64,000 nucleotides of DNA from Gnetum montanum (Eukaryota > Plantae > Gnetophyta). Position numbers and translations under genes: made by a program. Numbering within the stretch: position 1 is the stretch's first letter; each line of letters opens with the position of its first letter. Under the pieces are notes generated by a model. The model was not told the origin of the DNA. It ran no database searches and was given only the letters and a program-made list of their open reading frames with translations. Shown one piece after another: positions 27,100 to 40,921 of this stretch. The stretch covers positions 1 to 64,000 of the forward strand of contig MNCI01002583.1 of assembly GCA_015680685.1 (NCBI GenBank), written 5' to 3'.

Positions 27100-30000
27100 T
27101 TTACATTGTGATGTGAAGCTAAGGCTCTTCCCCTTCATCTTCATCTACTGCTCCACTATGTCTCGTACCTTTACTTGGAGCATGTGCAAAGAAAAAATGA
27201 AACAATAAACTCCTCAATAAATGGGATAATATGCAAAATCATAATGAAATACACAAAAATAAGGTGAGTTAAACTCACCTAAGATGGGCCTGTATCCATG
27301 TCTAGAGGCATCTTGTTGAAGCTAGCCTCTAGGCATTAAAGGATCTCATCCTCTAACATAGGTGTCTAGTTCTCCTCTTCCAAATCAATGATTGTGAGGG
27401 TTTTAACTTTCTCCATGGCTATCCCCATGGTTGGCCCTAGGGAAAATGTTGCAGAAGTGACCTCTCTAGAAGGAACAACGATCTCTCTCTCTAGGGACTT
27501 GCTAACCACTAGATGGTTTGCAAACATTTCGTAAGCCTGCTTTGCACCAATGGTGTTATGGAATATGTCTTGAAATCAATGCTCTACAGACTTATCCCTA
27601 TACTTCTTGAGATAGGATACATGTTCCATCTTGTAATGATGCTTGTGGTTTTTCTAATTCTATCCCCATTCATATACTTTGGCACTGTAATTCTTCCAAT
27701 CTTGGTTCTTTTGAGCCAAGAGGTCCATCTGCAAATGTTGTCCAATGGCCTCACGAGTAGCCTCATTCTTACTCTAAATGGCCAACCAGTACTTGGCATA
27801 GTCAATATTAGTTGTACACCAACTACTATTTGATTTTTTGTGGGCTACCAGGAAGTCATAATGCAACTGTAAATCTTTCAGCCTAGTTGCCTAGTTTGCC
27901 TTCTATTCCCATAGCTCATACACTTGTTTCCAAATCTCCTAATTCACATGTTTTCACTCCCACAACGATCATGCAGAGTGCATTGTGCATTTTCTTGCCT
28001 CATCATATATATGACAAGGTACCTACTTCAGCTCAGGAGGGAACTCAGGTACAACATCAACCTAGACTACTTTGCTTAGATCCCACTTGAGTTACGGGTC
28101 TGTTATCCTAAGTGGTGAAATATTAGTCATAAAAAAAGGAGGGGAAAGGAGGTAATGATAGTAAAATAAACATATCTATCTTAGGAACTATCTATTTAAG
28201 GTGGTTGATCATATCATCCACTATGCCTTGCATAAAGATGAACTTGTATAGATTTTCTACACATGGTCATGAGTGGAAAGTGGATGTAGAATTGGGACAC
28301 TTAGCAAAGGCATCATGTGTTGTGACATAAATCATATTATGGCTGTCAAAACAATATATATATATATATATATATGGTGAACACAATGAATATGGTGGTG
28401 TAAAGCTCCTACCCAGCAAGCCCTTAGGGGTGAGAGTGAGGGGATCATCCATTTGCACATCATCAAACAAGTGGTCAAACTCACTGTCCTCAAATTGTAG
28501 CCCCTCTTCTTTGAGTTGCCTCAACACTTTAGTGGCTTCCTCATCTTCCATGTGTCCCTTGGGTTGAGGGACATCATCCTCTAAAGGCTCCTCTTCTACT
28601 GCAGGGGCCCTCCTACCTATGTTGCATGAATCTAAATTAGAATATTTGATAATAAGAAAAAGAAAAAAATGAAGGAAAAAAGGTATATAATAAAATATAT
28701 TAAATAATGCATACTTACTAGCTAATTCTGATCGCATGTCATGAAGTCTGAACCACAACTTTTTGCCCCTTTCTTCAACTTCATGCATAGGCTTCTCCAT
28801 GGGGCGAGGCTTCTTGATTTACATATTTGACCTCACCATCTCAGTGATGAGTCATTTCCTCCTTACTACATTACCTATGTTTGTTGGTGGTGCCTCCCTA
28901 GCACTACCATGTGCATGGTAAGAGGGCCACACATGGCCTTTGGTTGTCACTGACAATGACTCACCAATACCCTCTAAGGGATCTTATGACCACATCATGT
29001 GGAACAAATGGCGGATCCATGGCTTGGAAATTTGGATGTGATCTTACACCATCCATATCCCATTCTCATTGACCACTAACAATTATGCAAACCTTCATAG
29101 GCATGCTACGAAGAAGGAAAAATGCACATTAGATCGTGCCTAGAGGTTGCTGCACAACTTGACAATTTTAGCTTATAGGCCATCAGCAAGGTATTTGACC
29201 TAGTTATACTTTGCTCCTTCCTCTATCACATCTCTAATTACCCAAGCTTGCTCCACCCCAAGGACCTTTTCTTGGGAAAGAAACTTAGAAAATGCATGAG
29301 CTCAGAAGAAAAAATAGAGGTGTTGGGCCATAGGCAATTCCACTTTCTTGATAGGTATACCTTTGTGACCTTTCTAAGTGCCCAACCACTCTTCAATGCC
29401 CCCTTTGTGGTTTAGATCCTTATTATTCTTCTCGCCTATCGATAGACCTTTAGAGGGAATACCCATGAGATCTAAGAAGAGATTATCTATGATCTTGAAG
29501 ACCACTCGCATGCTATGAACTTATGTGTGGAAATGGTCAACACTCTTGGTGAAAGAGTCAACTAAGGTAATCATCTCCACTCTCAGGATGTTTGGGTTCA
29601 TGGCCAAGAAAAGGTCCATGAGCCTAGGCCGTTGAAGATTTTGGGCTATCCTTGATGGGGCCTTGTGGCACAACTAATGTTATGAACTATCAACCTCACC
29701 ATACTTGAAGAGGATATTGGCCTCAGTGCATCTTGAAACCACCACTATAACCTCTTTGGACTTAGGTGTAGCTATAATAAGCAAAAGTAGAATCAGCAAC
29801 ATGATAAAAATATAAGATTAAAAGTGCATGAAAATAAATAGGTGATACAACTTAAATGGCACAAACAATGTGTAGAATGATGGTAGTGGGACCGAAACCT
29901 CCTCTGCACTTGATATTTGGGATGCCCACTCAATTTCCAACCAACCGAGATCCCAACACCTCTCATAAGCTTTGGAATACCTACTAAGGTATTCTGCCAA

Positions 30001-31983
30001 GTCTATCCCAACTTGCCCTAACACACTAGCACACATATTCTAAATGGATGAGAATTCCTATAGGGTTTTTTGGGTTAGGTCTAATATCCCCTCTCCATCA
30101 TGGAGGTCTTTTGCATCAACAAAAATCCTAGCAATAAGAAAAAATGCAGTTAGCATCCTAAGTCATGAAACAATAGGCAGTGTAAAAAAAACACAACAAG
30201 GCTTATCCTCCAACACAATAAACTATCCCAAGTGAATTCTGGAAATCCATGTACACATGTCATGTAAGAAATACAGTGTTGTATTTGTGGTAGCATTGGA
30301 ACTCAGGCATTTCCTAGATCCAAGATAAGAGTCTAAGGCCCTTTGGGTGCTGGCTCAAGCTCCCTGCTCCTTCACCTTTAGTAGGTTCATATGACATGAA
30401 TTTTAGAATGCCTCAATTTACCCCAGGCAACAATGTTTCAACAATGAAACTTGCTGCTTTGACTAACCAGTGTGATCATATGATCATACTAAAGTGGCAG
30501 AGTAGGAATTTTCTAAGAATTCTTGTGCACTCGATCAAAACTAGACTACCTAGTGTCCTATATGTGCATGTGGTGCAGGTACATTTGGTCTAGGATCACT
30601 CATGCAATATAGAATCCCCATTAGTTTAACCATGATGAGAATAGGTTTTAACAAGATCCTGCAAGGCCATAATGGTGAAAATGTTAGTATTAGAAAAAGA
30701 TAACAAAAAATGATAAGAAAGCAATGAACAAAAAATGCATAAAATAAGATAAAATAAAATAAAATTTTTTTGTGCAACATAATTAACTTTTCCCCAAGCC
30801 CCATAGGGAAGGGATGTTGGCATCCCCATCTAATGTGCCTAATCCCCAATAGGGCACAACATTAACACTTATAATTTTTAAAAAAACATCAAAAATTTCT
30901 CTAACCATCAGCCATGCTCCATGCAAAGCATGATGTTTTTAAACTCAAAAAAGTTTTTGACTATTGATCATACTCCCCGCAAGGTGTGACATCTGGAAAA
31001 ATTTTAAAAAAATTTCTAACTATTAATCACACTCCCCATAGAGTGTGACACTTTTCAACCCAAAATTTTTTTAACTATTGGTCACACTACCATAGATCAT
31101 GACACCTAGAAAACTTACAAAATTTTCTAGATGTTGAATGTAGCAAGGTCAAAATATTTTCTAACTTTTGGTCATGCTCTTAGGGACACTAGAGTGTGAT
31201 GGGCATAACCCTAGACCACCTTGGCCAAGTCCTATCCCATGATGCAAGATGCCAAAAAATCCTTGTCCCATGTCATCATGCAAGATGTCCATGAAGCTCC
31301 TATTCCATGTTGTAGTGTGGGACATCATGGAAAACCCTGTTCCATGCCTTGACATAGGACACATAGGAGACCCTATTCTATGATGTGGGATGTGGAGCAC
31401 CTAAACCCTCAGAATGTGTTATGCTCACAGTACACATCACAGAAGGTTCCAATCCACGCTACACTTGTGGAATGCCAAAAACCCTCCATTCCATTCTATG
31501 GCATGGGACGCTGAAAAAAAACATTATCCCATCCTATAGCATTGGATGCATAGAAACCTTTGCTTAAACCCTTTCCTAGCATCATGGTGCCAGACATTGA
31601 TACGAAATTTTTGTCATGCTAAGAAACCCTCATTTCATGGCTACTCATGCCATGAAATGAGGGTTTCTTAGCATGACATCACGGCATGGGATGCCGACAA
31701 ACCCTCAGTGCTAAAATAGAGAAAAATGGAAATAATGATGCACTACATGCACTCCCATAGTGGCCATGGTGATAGTGGTCCCTACTCATGGTAGGCTGCC
31801 TTTCAAAAAATCAAGGCCCCAAAACCCAAATCCCAGACATGTGGGAAGGCAAGAAAAGAACAAAATCACAAGGTAGAGTGTGATAGCTTACTTGGCTGAT
31901 GCTATCTCTTGGCATCCATCAATGTGTGCCCTAGGAAGGTGTCGTAGGGTATGAAGGTGTCTACGTTTACTTTTGCATGCCAT
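27100..31983 (-). pseudogene. Antisense multi-exon accessory gene of B (FCP1/NIF-like N-terminal domain, coiled-coil C-terminus), decayed
   Basis: Exon 1 MACKSKRRHLHTLRHLPRAH, then donor GTAAG near 31892. Acceptor TTGCAG at 30659, then PILIMVKLMGIL...VVWF...EFL...YNTVFL...FQNS. Later exons align with those of C and D. Confidence 0.8.
31612..31678. repeat. Perfect 30-bp inverted repeat with 7-nt spacer
   Basis: TGTCATGCTAAGAAACCCTCATTTCATGGC tactcat GCCATGAAATGAGGGTTTCTTAGCATGACA. Confidence 0.97.
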
Positions 31984-32125
31984 CTTAAGCTACTATGCTC
32001 TAGCTTTCCTATTGTCATGCTCTAGTTTCCCTCTATGGCTACTATGCTCTGCCTTGCCTATGCTACACTTGAATGACAATTGGCTCTAATAGTGAAAATG
32101 ATAGGTTTACCATGGATAAAACCTC

Positions 32126-32133
32126 TATTTATA
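32126..32133 (-). promoter_or_regulatory. TATA box of the antisense gene in B
   Basis: GGTATAAATAGAGG...CCATGGTAA...TCATTTTCACTAT on minus, conserved with 43564 in C. Confidence 0.7.
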
Positions 32134-32573
32134 CCCTTCAATGTCAAAGAACACATCACCCTCCCAGAATGTTCTATGTCCCACACGTAATGCGGGATGT
32201 CCTATGTCCTGCGCATAACACAGAATTAGTGTAACACACAGAGTTTGAAAAATTTTCTAACTTTTCTAGCTTCCTACACTTAGAAAAGTTTTTACATTTT
32301 TTCTACATGCCTAATAAACATTCAACTTGATTCCACATTCCAAACCTTTTAATCTTTATCTAAACTTATGTCCCACACATAGTCTATGATCTCCTATGAC
32401 CTTAAACTAACAATTTTATGGCCAATCGAGGTTGTAATAAAATAAATAATATAAACAAAAAATTTTACATACTGCATAGTTAATTAAGTTTTCATATCAT
32501 TTCCTTCCTTATTCTATGCATTTGGCTTTATTAAGATAGGTGCCGCTTGACATTTTTTCTGGTTGTTTTGTAG

Positions 32574-35500
32574 GATCTCTTAAAAAATGAATGCATATGA
32601 GAGTCTTCATTCACCTTTAGTTTTGACTAGACCTTATGGTAAATCCACAAGATACATAAATGCAAAACTCTTAGACTTCGAACTACTTACCTATGACACA
32701 AATGTAGCATTCCTAGAGACATTGCTAGATTAGCTAGAACATCTACTTTGAGGTCTAGACTTAGAAGCAAGTGATGTAATTGAGGATCCCCTCATAGAAG
32801 TCCTTGTAACAACATACAAAGGTGAGGCAAAAACATTGAAACTTAGCTCCTTACTAGAGCCTCCAATCCAACAAACCATCTCCAAAGCTCTTGGCAACAA
32901 TGTCAAGGCGTTCACATGGTCCTACAAGGACATGTTGGGCTTAGAACCTCATATAATATAGAATATCTTAGATCCTTGCATTAAGCTAGTTAAGGAAAAA
33001 GCTTGTAAATTCAAGCCTAAGGTCATGTTGGGCATCTGTGATGAGATCACTAAGCTTTACAAAGCTAGTTTTATCCAAGCAATTGACTATGCTGACTGGG
33101 TCTCAAACATTGTAGTTGTTCCTAAGAAAAATGGAAGTATACACATTTGCATAGACTTCTAGGACCTAAACAAGGCAACCATTAAAGATGATTTTCCATT
33201 ACATAGTATTAACCAACTCATCAATACTATGATTGGTCATGCTTTTTTTTCCTTCATGGACAGGTTCTCAAGGTACAAGAAAATCTGAATAAACCCAAAG
33301 CACTAGCTTAGTGCTACTTTCATGACCCCCTAGGGTATTTTGTTATACAATAATGTCCTTTGGACTAAAAAATGCAAGAGAAACATATCAACATACAATG
33401 ACATACATCTTTAGTAACTATCTATTAGAGTTCCTCAATAGCTACATTAATGACATTGCAGTTAAGTCTAGAGTGGCTTATGACCACCCAAATGACTTGG
33501 ACCATGTCCTTAAACATTTCCTTGTACATGACCTTAGGCTTCATCCCAAAAAGTGTGTCTTTAGCATTAAAACTAGTCACATGTTAGGCTTTGTGATATC
33601 AGAAGAAGGTATACGCATAGACCTTGACAAGGTCAAGGCTATCACCAACTTAGCACCACTAGCAAACCTTAAGGAGTTACATAGGTTACAAGGCAGGCTA
33701 TAATTCATATGTATGTTTATCATAAGGTTGATTGACAAGTTGCATCCAATGCAAAATTTTCTCAAAAAGGGGGTTTACTTTGAATGGGCAACTCAATGCC
33801 AAGAGGCATCTAACAACTTGAAAAGGGAGTTGGCTCAACTTCCAACAGTCTACCCTCCACAAGCAGATAAACCTTTCTACATTTACCTTGCAACCTCAGA
33901 CACGTCCATATTTCTCTGATATGCCAAAAGTGAGACGATGGCTCCAAGGTTCCTATTTATCACTTAAGCCATGCACTAGTAGCCCATGAGGTGAAATATA
34001 ACAATGTGGAGAAGAACTGTCTTGCCTTAGTCTTTGCACTTAAAAGGTGGAGACACTACCTTTTCCATAGTCAAGTCAATCTCATCTACAAAAGCAATGT
34101 ACTTAGTTCCATTACAATGAACATATATGAAAGCAGTCGAATAGCAAGGTGAAATGAAATAATTGTGGAGTTTGACTTGCACTACATAGCGTAGCATCTA
34201 CAAAAGGTCAAGAAATAGCCACACAACTCATGACTTCACCTGTAGATGATCAAGTAATGATAGATCTGGAATTCCTAAATGAGCATGTCAATAATATAAG
34301 CCAAGTACCTACAAAATTTGAGGTTGTTTTACACTTTGATGATGCTTCAACCACACAAGATGGTAGTGTTGCAGTCGTTATCACATTTCCTTCTAGGAAG
34401 ATCTGACCCTTTGCATATCACTTTGCATTTCCTTGTATGAACAATGTGGTGGAGTATGAAGGTCTCCTTAGAGGCATCTTAGCAACTCAAGAGCTAGGAA
34501 TCTAGGACATAGTAGTTAGAGGTGACTCATAGCTGGTCATTAACCAAGTCATAGAGGTTTATTCCTGTAAGGCGCAACATCTACAATCTTAATGTGATTT
34601 GGCAAAGCACTTGCTTAAACAATTTGCAACCATATATGTCCAACATATCCCCTACAATGAAAATGTCATAGATAACGCACTAGCTACTTTAGCCCTAAGC
34701 ATAGTGCCAAACATGTTCTATGCTCTTCTTGCTTTAATTACAAATTGCACTAAACCTATAACTCATATAACAAGCATTACATCCATAAGCATAGCTCATG
34801 CCCAAGGGTGGTATGATGATATTAAGGCATACCTTCAATAGAGAGAGGCCCCAAAAACTTAACCTCTACTGAAAAAGATGTAATACAGAAGTGGTCATGG
34901 TAGTATGTCCTTGTAGGTGATGGCATCTTATGTCACAAATCCTATGATGGAATACTATTAACTTGTGTTAGTGGCAATGAAGTGTAAAAGATCATCGACC
35001 AAGCCCATGAGGGACTATGTGGGGGTCATATAGCTCCTGGGGCAATGGCGGCAAAAGTCAGACACCTAGGCTATTACTAGCCTTACATGGAGTATGATTG
35101 CCTTTCCAAGATTAGGACATGTGATGTGTGTAAATGACATGGGAACCTAATGCACATGCCACCCACTAAACTATATACTATGTAGATCATGTGGTCATTC
35201 CAATGTTGGGGGTTGGACATCATAGGGCTTATAACACCTAAGTCTTCCACAGGACATAGCTTCATCATTACTTCCACTGAATATTTTACAAAGTGGGTTG
35301 AAGCCATTCCTCTTAGAAAGACAACATCATAGCAAGTTTGTAAATTCATTCTTGACAACATAGTGACCCGATTTGGTCTTCCCATGACTATAGTCATAGA
35401 CAATGGGCCATAGTTTAGCAATGTAGAAACTAAGGACTTCTATGAAAACCTTGGAATTAAACATTCCTTCTTGTCACCATACTACCCATAGGACAATGGT

Positions 35501-36048
35501 CAAGTGGAGGCTACAAATAAGGTCATCATAAACCTTCTGAATAGGATGCTTAACAATAGCAACTAATGATGGCATGAACAACTAGTCTACGCACTATGGG
35601 CCTACCACACAACATGCAAAACAACAACATGTAAAACACTATATAGTCTTGTATATGGATTTGAATCAATGTTTCCTCTTAAATTTAGGTTCCATTGCTC
35701 TATATGATCCTCTTAAGCTTCATTGATGAAGTTCAAAACAACAAGTTGAAAACCATTAACCTTGACTCTATAGAGGAGGGGTGCATGCAAACACTTGATT
35801 GCATCATGTGGAACAAAGAAAAGCAACAGCAAAAGCACCATCACAATCAGCATCAACACCCAATCAAGAAGGAGGACCTAGCCCTCAAGGTTTTTTGCAA
35901 GCTTGTAGATAAATTCTTAGCCAACTAGGAAGGGAATTTCTTGGTAAATAAGTCATATGATAACAAAGCCTTCAAGATCATTGATCTAGATGACAATGAG
36001 TTTGCCAATCCTATTAACCATTCATACCTAAAGTTGTACTACACTTAA
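32574..36048 (+). pseudogene. pol: pol of element B: RT (about 32900-33700), RNase H (about 33860-34200), additional archaeal-type RNase H (about 34320-34700), integrase (about 34800-36048)
   Basis: WVSNIVVVPKKNG, SFMDRFSRY, MSFGLKN, YIND. LHFDDAS...NNVVEYEGL...GDS.LVINQV. HEGLCGGH...C..C, WGLDIIG, YFTKWVEA. Confidence 0.93.
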
Positions 36049-36084
36049 TATGCAGTATCACATTAATGATAGAAGCAAGGTAAG

Positions 36085-36363
36085 TGCACATCCACTACAA
36101 CATTAAATTGACACAAATGTCTACTATGATGTTAAACTGGAAAATATGTCTGCTATGGCATTAAACTAGCATACAATGTCCTTGGGCTATGACACTAAAC
36201 TATCACCCATAGCATGGTTCGCTATGACCCTAAACTAGCCATCCACTATCCATTACGATGTTAAACTAGCACAATGGTCTACTAGAACCTTAAACTAGCA
36301 CATCACAATCTACTAGGACCTTAAACTAGCACAACATGTAGTCTACCAAGACCTAAAACTAGG
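36085..36363 (+). repeat. Array of 9 stem-loop/TAAACT units just after the pol stop of B
   Basis: tgtc-tgctat-ggca-ttaaacta, ggtt-cgctat-gacc-ctaaacta, tgtc-cttgggctat-gaca-ctaaacta and others. Confidence 0.9.
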
Positions 36364-36842
36364 TTCACAGTTCAACATCTATAGTTCAACACACATAGTT
36401 CTGTGAACAAGGGAGCGAGAATACTTCCAGTCCTTCATCTACTACCCATGCCTCTCAGGCAGGATGGGGTGGGATGTTGTAGTTCTAGAATGAAATTCAC
36501 ATTGTCAAGGAAAAACCCTCTAGGATAATTACAGCATCATCATCCCTGGCATCTTACTAATCTTCCAAAGATGTTTTTTGGCATTTTGCTGATCTTCCAA
36601 AGCTACCGTCACCATCACCAATCATCCTAGTCATAGCTCTTGCTATTAGCAGCACTTGCTAGAGTCCTAGTAGTACTGTGGCATAGCCACTGCACTACCA
36701 TCCTTTGGCCCTCATCATCGTTAGAGTTTGGAAGAGCATTCAGTAGCATGGCTCCTCGCCCTATAGCTAAGTTTCCTAGCTCCTGACTTTGGTAAGAATT
36801 ATTGAGCACCTACACCACCATTACCTCTAGCCACTTGGGTGT

Positions 36843-37781
36843 TGTAATGTTTGAAAATGTTGGTGGTTGAAACACCGAGAGGTTACCAGGTATACAGCCT
36901 AACCCTGGATCTATGCGAGGGCCATGTTGGAGAAAATGGAAACAGGGTGCCCTAATTGGTCTAGTTGATCAAAATGGGACTTATATGATGTACAATAACC
37001 TTTTTGTGAATAATGATTTTAATATGTTATGCATGGAGATTGAAATGAAGAAAACCATAGCACACAGAATAGTAAAAACATAGCAGAATATGTAACTGAG
37101 TAATAAACATGAATCAATACACAATGATGTAAAATGTATGCTATAGTGAAATAAAATGAGCTTAAGTGAGAGAATGCACTACCCCAAAATCATGGGATTT
37201 GATCTTTGTTTAGCTGAAGAAGGTGTACAACTGATGTGTAGTGTTGGATAGGCACAGCTAACAATGAAACGATATGGTCACAGCTCCTAGACTTTTGCCA
37301 ATGGTCTACTAATAGGAACTAATGAGCCAGTGCTTACTGAGCTAAGAGAGATCTAGGAAGTGCTACTGTGGGGATCTACTGTTCACCAACCTTCTACTTT
37401 CCAACCTCCTTGTCAAAGCCAATTGCCAGAAATCCAATTGCCAAAGTGCCAATCGCAAGAAAGCCAAATTGAAAAGCCAACCCTTTGAACATTGTTCACT
37501 AGGGTATTTATAGAGCCAAGAGCAAGAGAAAGACATGGTTTGGATACCACATGTCTTAGGTCCCACATGGCATGAATTGTGGATGTCCTACACTGCCATG
37601 TGGCGCTACACTGCACTGTTACGCTACAATGCTACACTAAGTGGGGCAAGGATGGAAGTAAAACCTGCTGATCCATGACCATACCATTCAAACTGCATGT
37701 GCTAGAATCCAGGGAACTACCATGTTTTTACAAAAAATGCTAACATCAAATGCAAAGTGGAGCCTATGCTCTAGGACTACA
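36843..37781 (-). repeat. 3' LTR of element C (939 bp), PPT at 37782-37796
   Basis: Minus strand TGTAGT...ATTACA, preceded by TAGGAGTAGGGAAGA. TATA at 37505-37512. Confidence 0.9.
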
Positions 37782-40632
37782 TCTTCCCTACTCCTACGAG
37801 TAGGGTCAAGCATAGGGAAAACTTTAGGAATCAACAAGGGGGTGCAAAACAAAGAAAACTACTGATATTATCTATAGAGGATATGCTGGAGTAGAACTGA
37901 CCATCGCCAACTAAGTTCTAGAGCTACTGGAGATGTCTAAATGCTTCTTTACAAGTATTACACTACCTATGCTACTCAGCGTAGCGTAAACACTTACATG
38001 CTATGTTGTGTTACAGTGTGTAGCGTAGCTTAGCATAGCAGCCAATTTTGAGATAAATCTTGCCCAAAAATCAAAAATACCCCTATGAGGCCTAGCTAGA
38101 CAAGCTATCTCAAAAAATATCCATTACAATTTTCATGTTGAAGAAGATTGAGACTCCCTAGTTTCATGCCTCGGACATTTTTAGCCTCAATGTCCCTGCT
38201 ACACTGTGCTATGCTATGCAGCATAGCATAGCGTAGTAGCCAGTGTGACATGAATTCTTTCTTAATCTACAATGCTTTGTCAAGAGACTTTGATTAGGAC
38301 CCAAGGGTGAAATGGGACATGCAGTCTTGGAGGTCGGAGCATGGCCAAGGGCAATTCTTTTGTTAGAACAACTTGATAGAGGATCTTCGTGCATTTAGAC
38401 CTTGCTATGCTATGTAGTGTAGCATAGCCTAGCACCTAGTTTGGCCCGAATTTTAACTCACTTTGCAAAAATTCTATCATGGGATGTTGGTCATCTCTTG
38501 GGATGTCAGTAGAATAAGCATTTTTGATGGTCAAAGCATGGGCAATTTTGTTTCCTATGTTAAGGTAGTTTGGGAAAATGTTGTCATGTCTTACTATGCT
38601 GTGTAGCGTAGAATAGTGTAGCACCCAAAATGGGACAAATTTTGTGACATTTGCCATGTTTTTCTATGTCATGATAATCACACTTCAAGGATGAAGTGGT
38701 GCCAGCTCCTTTGAGGACTAAACATCCACCAATTGCATCTTCTAAGTCTGATCAGTCACCACAAGGCTTGCTATGCTATGCAATGTAGTGTAGCGTAGTA
38801 GGTCTCACCATTAGAAAACTTGTTGAACTATTTAGTCCATCCTAAACACCTTTGACAACTCCTAGCATGGTCCCTGGGTAGACCGTCAATCGGGTCATGT
38901 GTTAAGCTGGGCAAACTAGAGAGTGTAGCAAGCTTGTCAACCTGAGAGATAGAAAATTTGCTGAACTATATGGTCTAACTTCAATGCTCCATTTTTGCAA
39001 AATGGCTCTGCAACTAGGTGCTACGCTGACTATGGTGGGGAGTGTGGCAGCCACACTTAAACATAACCTTGTAGGCATTAGGACTTCCAAGGTGTCAGAC
39101 CATTTGTGCAGTCCATCATGGCATTACACCAAGAGAATCATGATGATCCAAAATTGATGATGTTTCACTGGTCCTTCTTTGTCGATGTCTAGAGGATCTA
39201 CCCAAGAGACGTCAACAAAGAACACAAAAGACCATGCTGAATGTGACATCCATACCATTCATTAGTGTCCACTTAGATAAACCTTTGCTATGCTTGGGAG
39301 TGCTAGGAGAGCTGAGCATGATAGGGAAAGGGGATGGATTTGAGGAAATCAAGCTAAGGGAAAGGAAAGGTGCAAGATCTGTTATCATGAGAGTCATTTC
39401 CATAGTGTGATCCCTCGTCGGAATGCTTGTGAGGGAGTTAATACACATGGGTGTCTTTCTCTTTGGATCTTGACCTATCACTGGAGTGCTTAGAGATGGT
39501 CGATCTAGAGCTAAAACAATTGCAAAGCAACTATCATGCCATTTTTTTTGGTTACTTTTCTTCCTTTTTTGTGCTTTTTTGTTTTGTGCTTTGGGTGCCT
39601 TTTTTTTTGTTGCACACCCATGTTCATTGGAAAGAAATCTTGTTGTTGCTATAGGATATGTGTTTCCTCCCTGAGATAAGTTGTGTTACATTCATGTGGG
39701 GCTTTGACCAACCTACAGAGGCTTTCCATGGGATGCATTGCATTATGTCCATCATGGGCCTAGTGGTTAGGCATGGGAGATGGCTTTATGTGCATTAGAA
39801 AAGCTTGTGAAGAAGATATAAGAAATTATAAGTATAGGGAATGGAGATTAAGTTGGCCAAAGGGAGAGTAGGATATGCACTCTAAGGTAGCTAGGCTAAT
39901 CAAAGTAGGTACTTCAAAATAATGTAGTGTCTCACTCTTGTGGTGAAAAGCATCTCTGAATGATGCCATCCTGGCTTTTATCATGCAAACACAACAAAGA
40001 GGAAAATAGAAAAAACAACCATCAAATGAAGTGAGGGAAAATTCCTATTTGCTTGGGATACTGCCAAGGTGGAAAGTGTTGTGTCTAACACACACAATAT
40101 CTAGAGTAGGAAGGCCAACGCAAGCTTTGATAATAATAGGTCAGAAAGCTTTAACGGACCTATCGGGAATGAGCACTAAAGAGGCTAGAAGCAATGATGA
40201 TGCAAGTGCTTAGGAATCCCTACCAAACACAAGCATCATGAAATCTAGATGAAAGGTGAGAAGCCTGACAACTGAATGCTTTTTTGAACTCTAACGATGG
40301 TGAGGGCTAGAGGATGGAAGCATTGTGACTAGGCCACAATAGTGTTGGGACTCCAGCAATAGGTGCTGATAATGAGAGCTATGACCAAGATGATTGGCAG
40401 TGGTAGCGGTAGCTCTGGAGGATCAGCAAGATGTCAAACGACATCTTTGGAAGATTAGGAAGATGTCAGGGATGACGACACTACATGTGTCCTAGAGGGG
40501 TTTTTCTTGGTAACATGAACTTCATTCTAGAAATGCAACATCCTAGCCCATGTTGTCTAGGAAGCTTGAATATGTGCATGCTCGCTTGTTCACAATGTCA
40601 CATGTGTGAGCTAGGAGGCGTTGCACTGTGAA

Positions 40633-40921
40633 CCCAGTTTAAGGTCTTGGTAGACCATCGAATGTGCTAGTTTAAGGTCCCAGTAGACCAATGTGCTAGT
40701 TTAAGATCCAAGCAGACCAATGTGCTAGTTTAACATCATAGTAGATGGGGGATGGCTAGTTTCAGGTCATAGCGGACCATGCTATGGATGCCAATTTTAT
40801 GTCATGGCATAAAGACATGTTGTCCCAGTTTAATGTCATAGCAAACGTTCTGTGCCAATTTTATGTCATAGCAGACAAGTTGTGCTAGTTTATAGTCATA
40901 GCAAACTATATGTACCAGTTA
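40633..40921 (-). repeat. Array of about 9 stem-loop/TAAACT units in the 3' UTR of C
   Basis: On minus: ggtc-taccaa-gacc-ttaaactg, ggtc-tactgg-gacc-ttaaacta, tgtc-tttatgccat-gaca-taaaattg. Confidence 0.9.

Larger units (their letters stand above)
26489..32573 (+). other. Candidate 6.1-kb intron between protease and RT of element B
   Basis: Donor CAG|GTTAGG at 26489. Pyrimidine tract and acceptor TTTTGTAG|G at 32573. Pol homology stops and resumes exactly there. Ogre elements are known to have a PR-RT intron. Confidence 0.65.
21419..36842 (+). mobile_element. Element B: Tat/Ogre-type Ty3/Gypsy element, 3' end cut by insertion of C
   Basis: LTR, Tat-type PBS, gag, PR, 6-kb insert, RT, RH, aRH, INT and a 3' UTR repeat array, in that order. 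Confidence 0.92.

Noticed and set aside
28354-28374. (AT)n microsatellite
   Set aside because: Ordinary slippage repeat within an intron of the B antisense gene.
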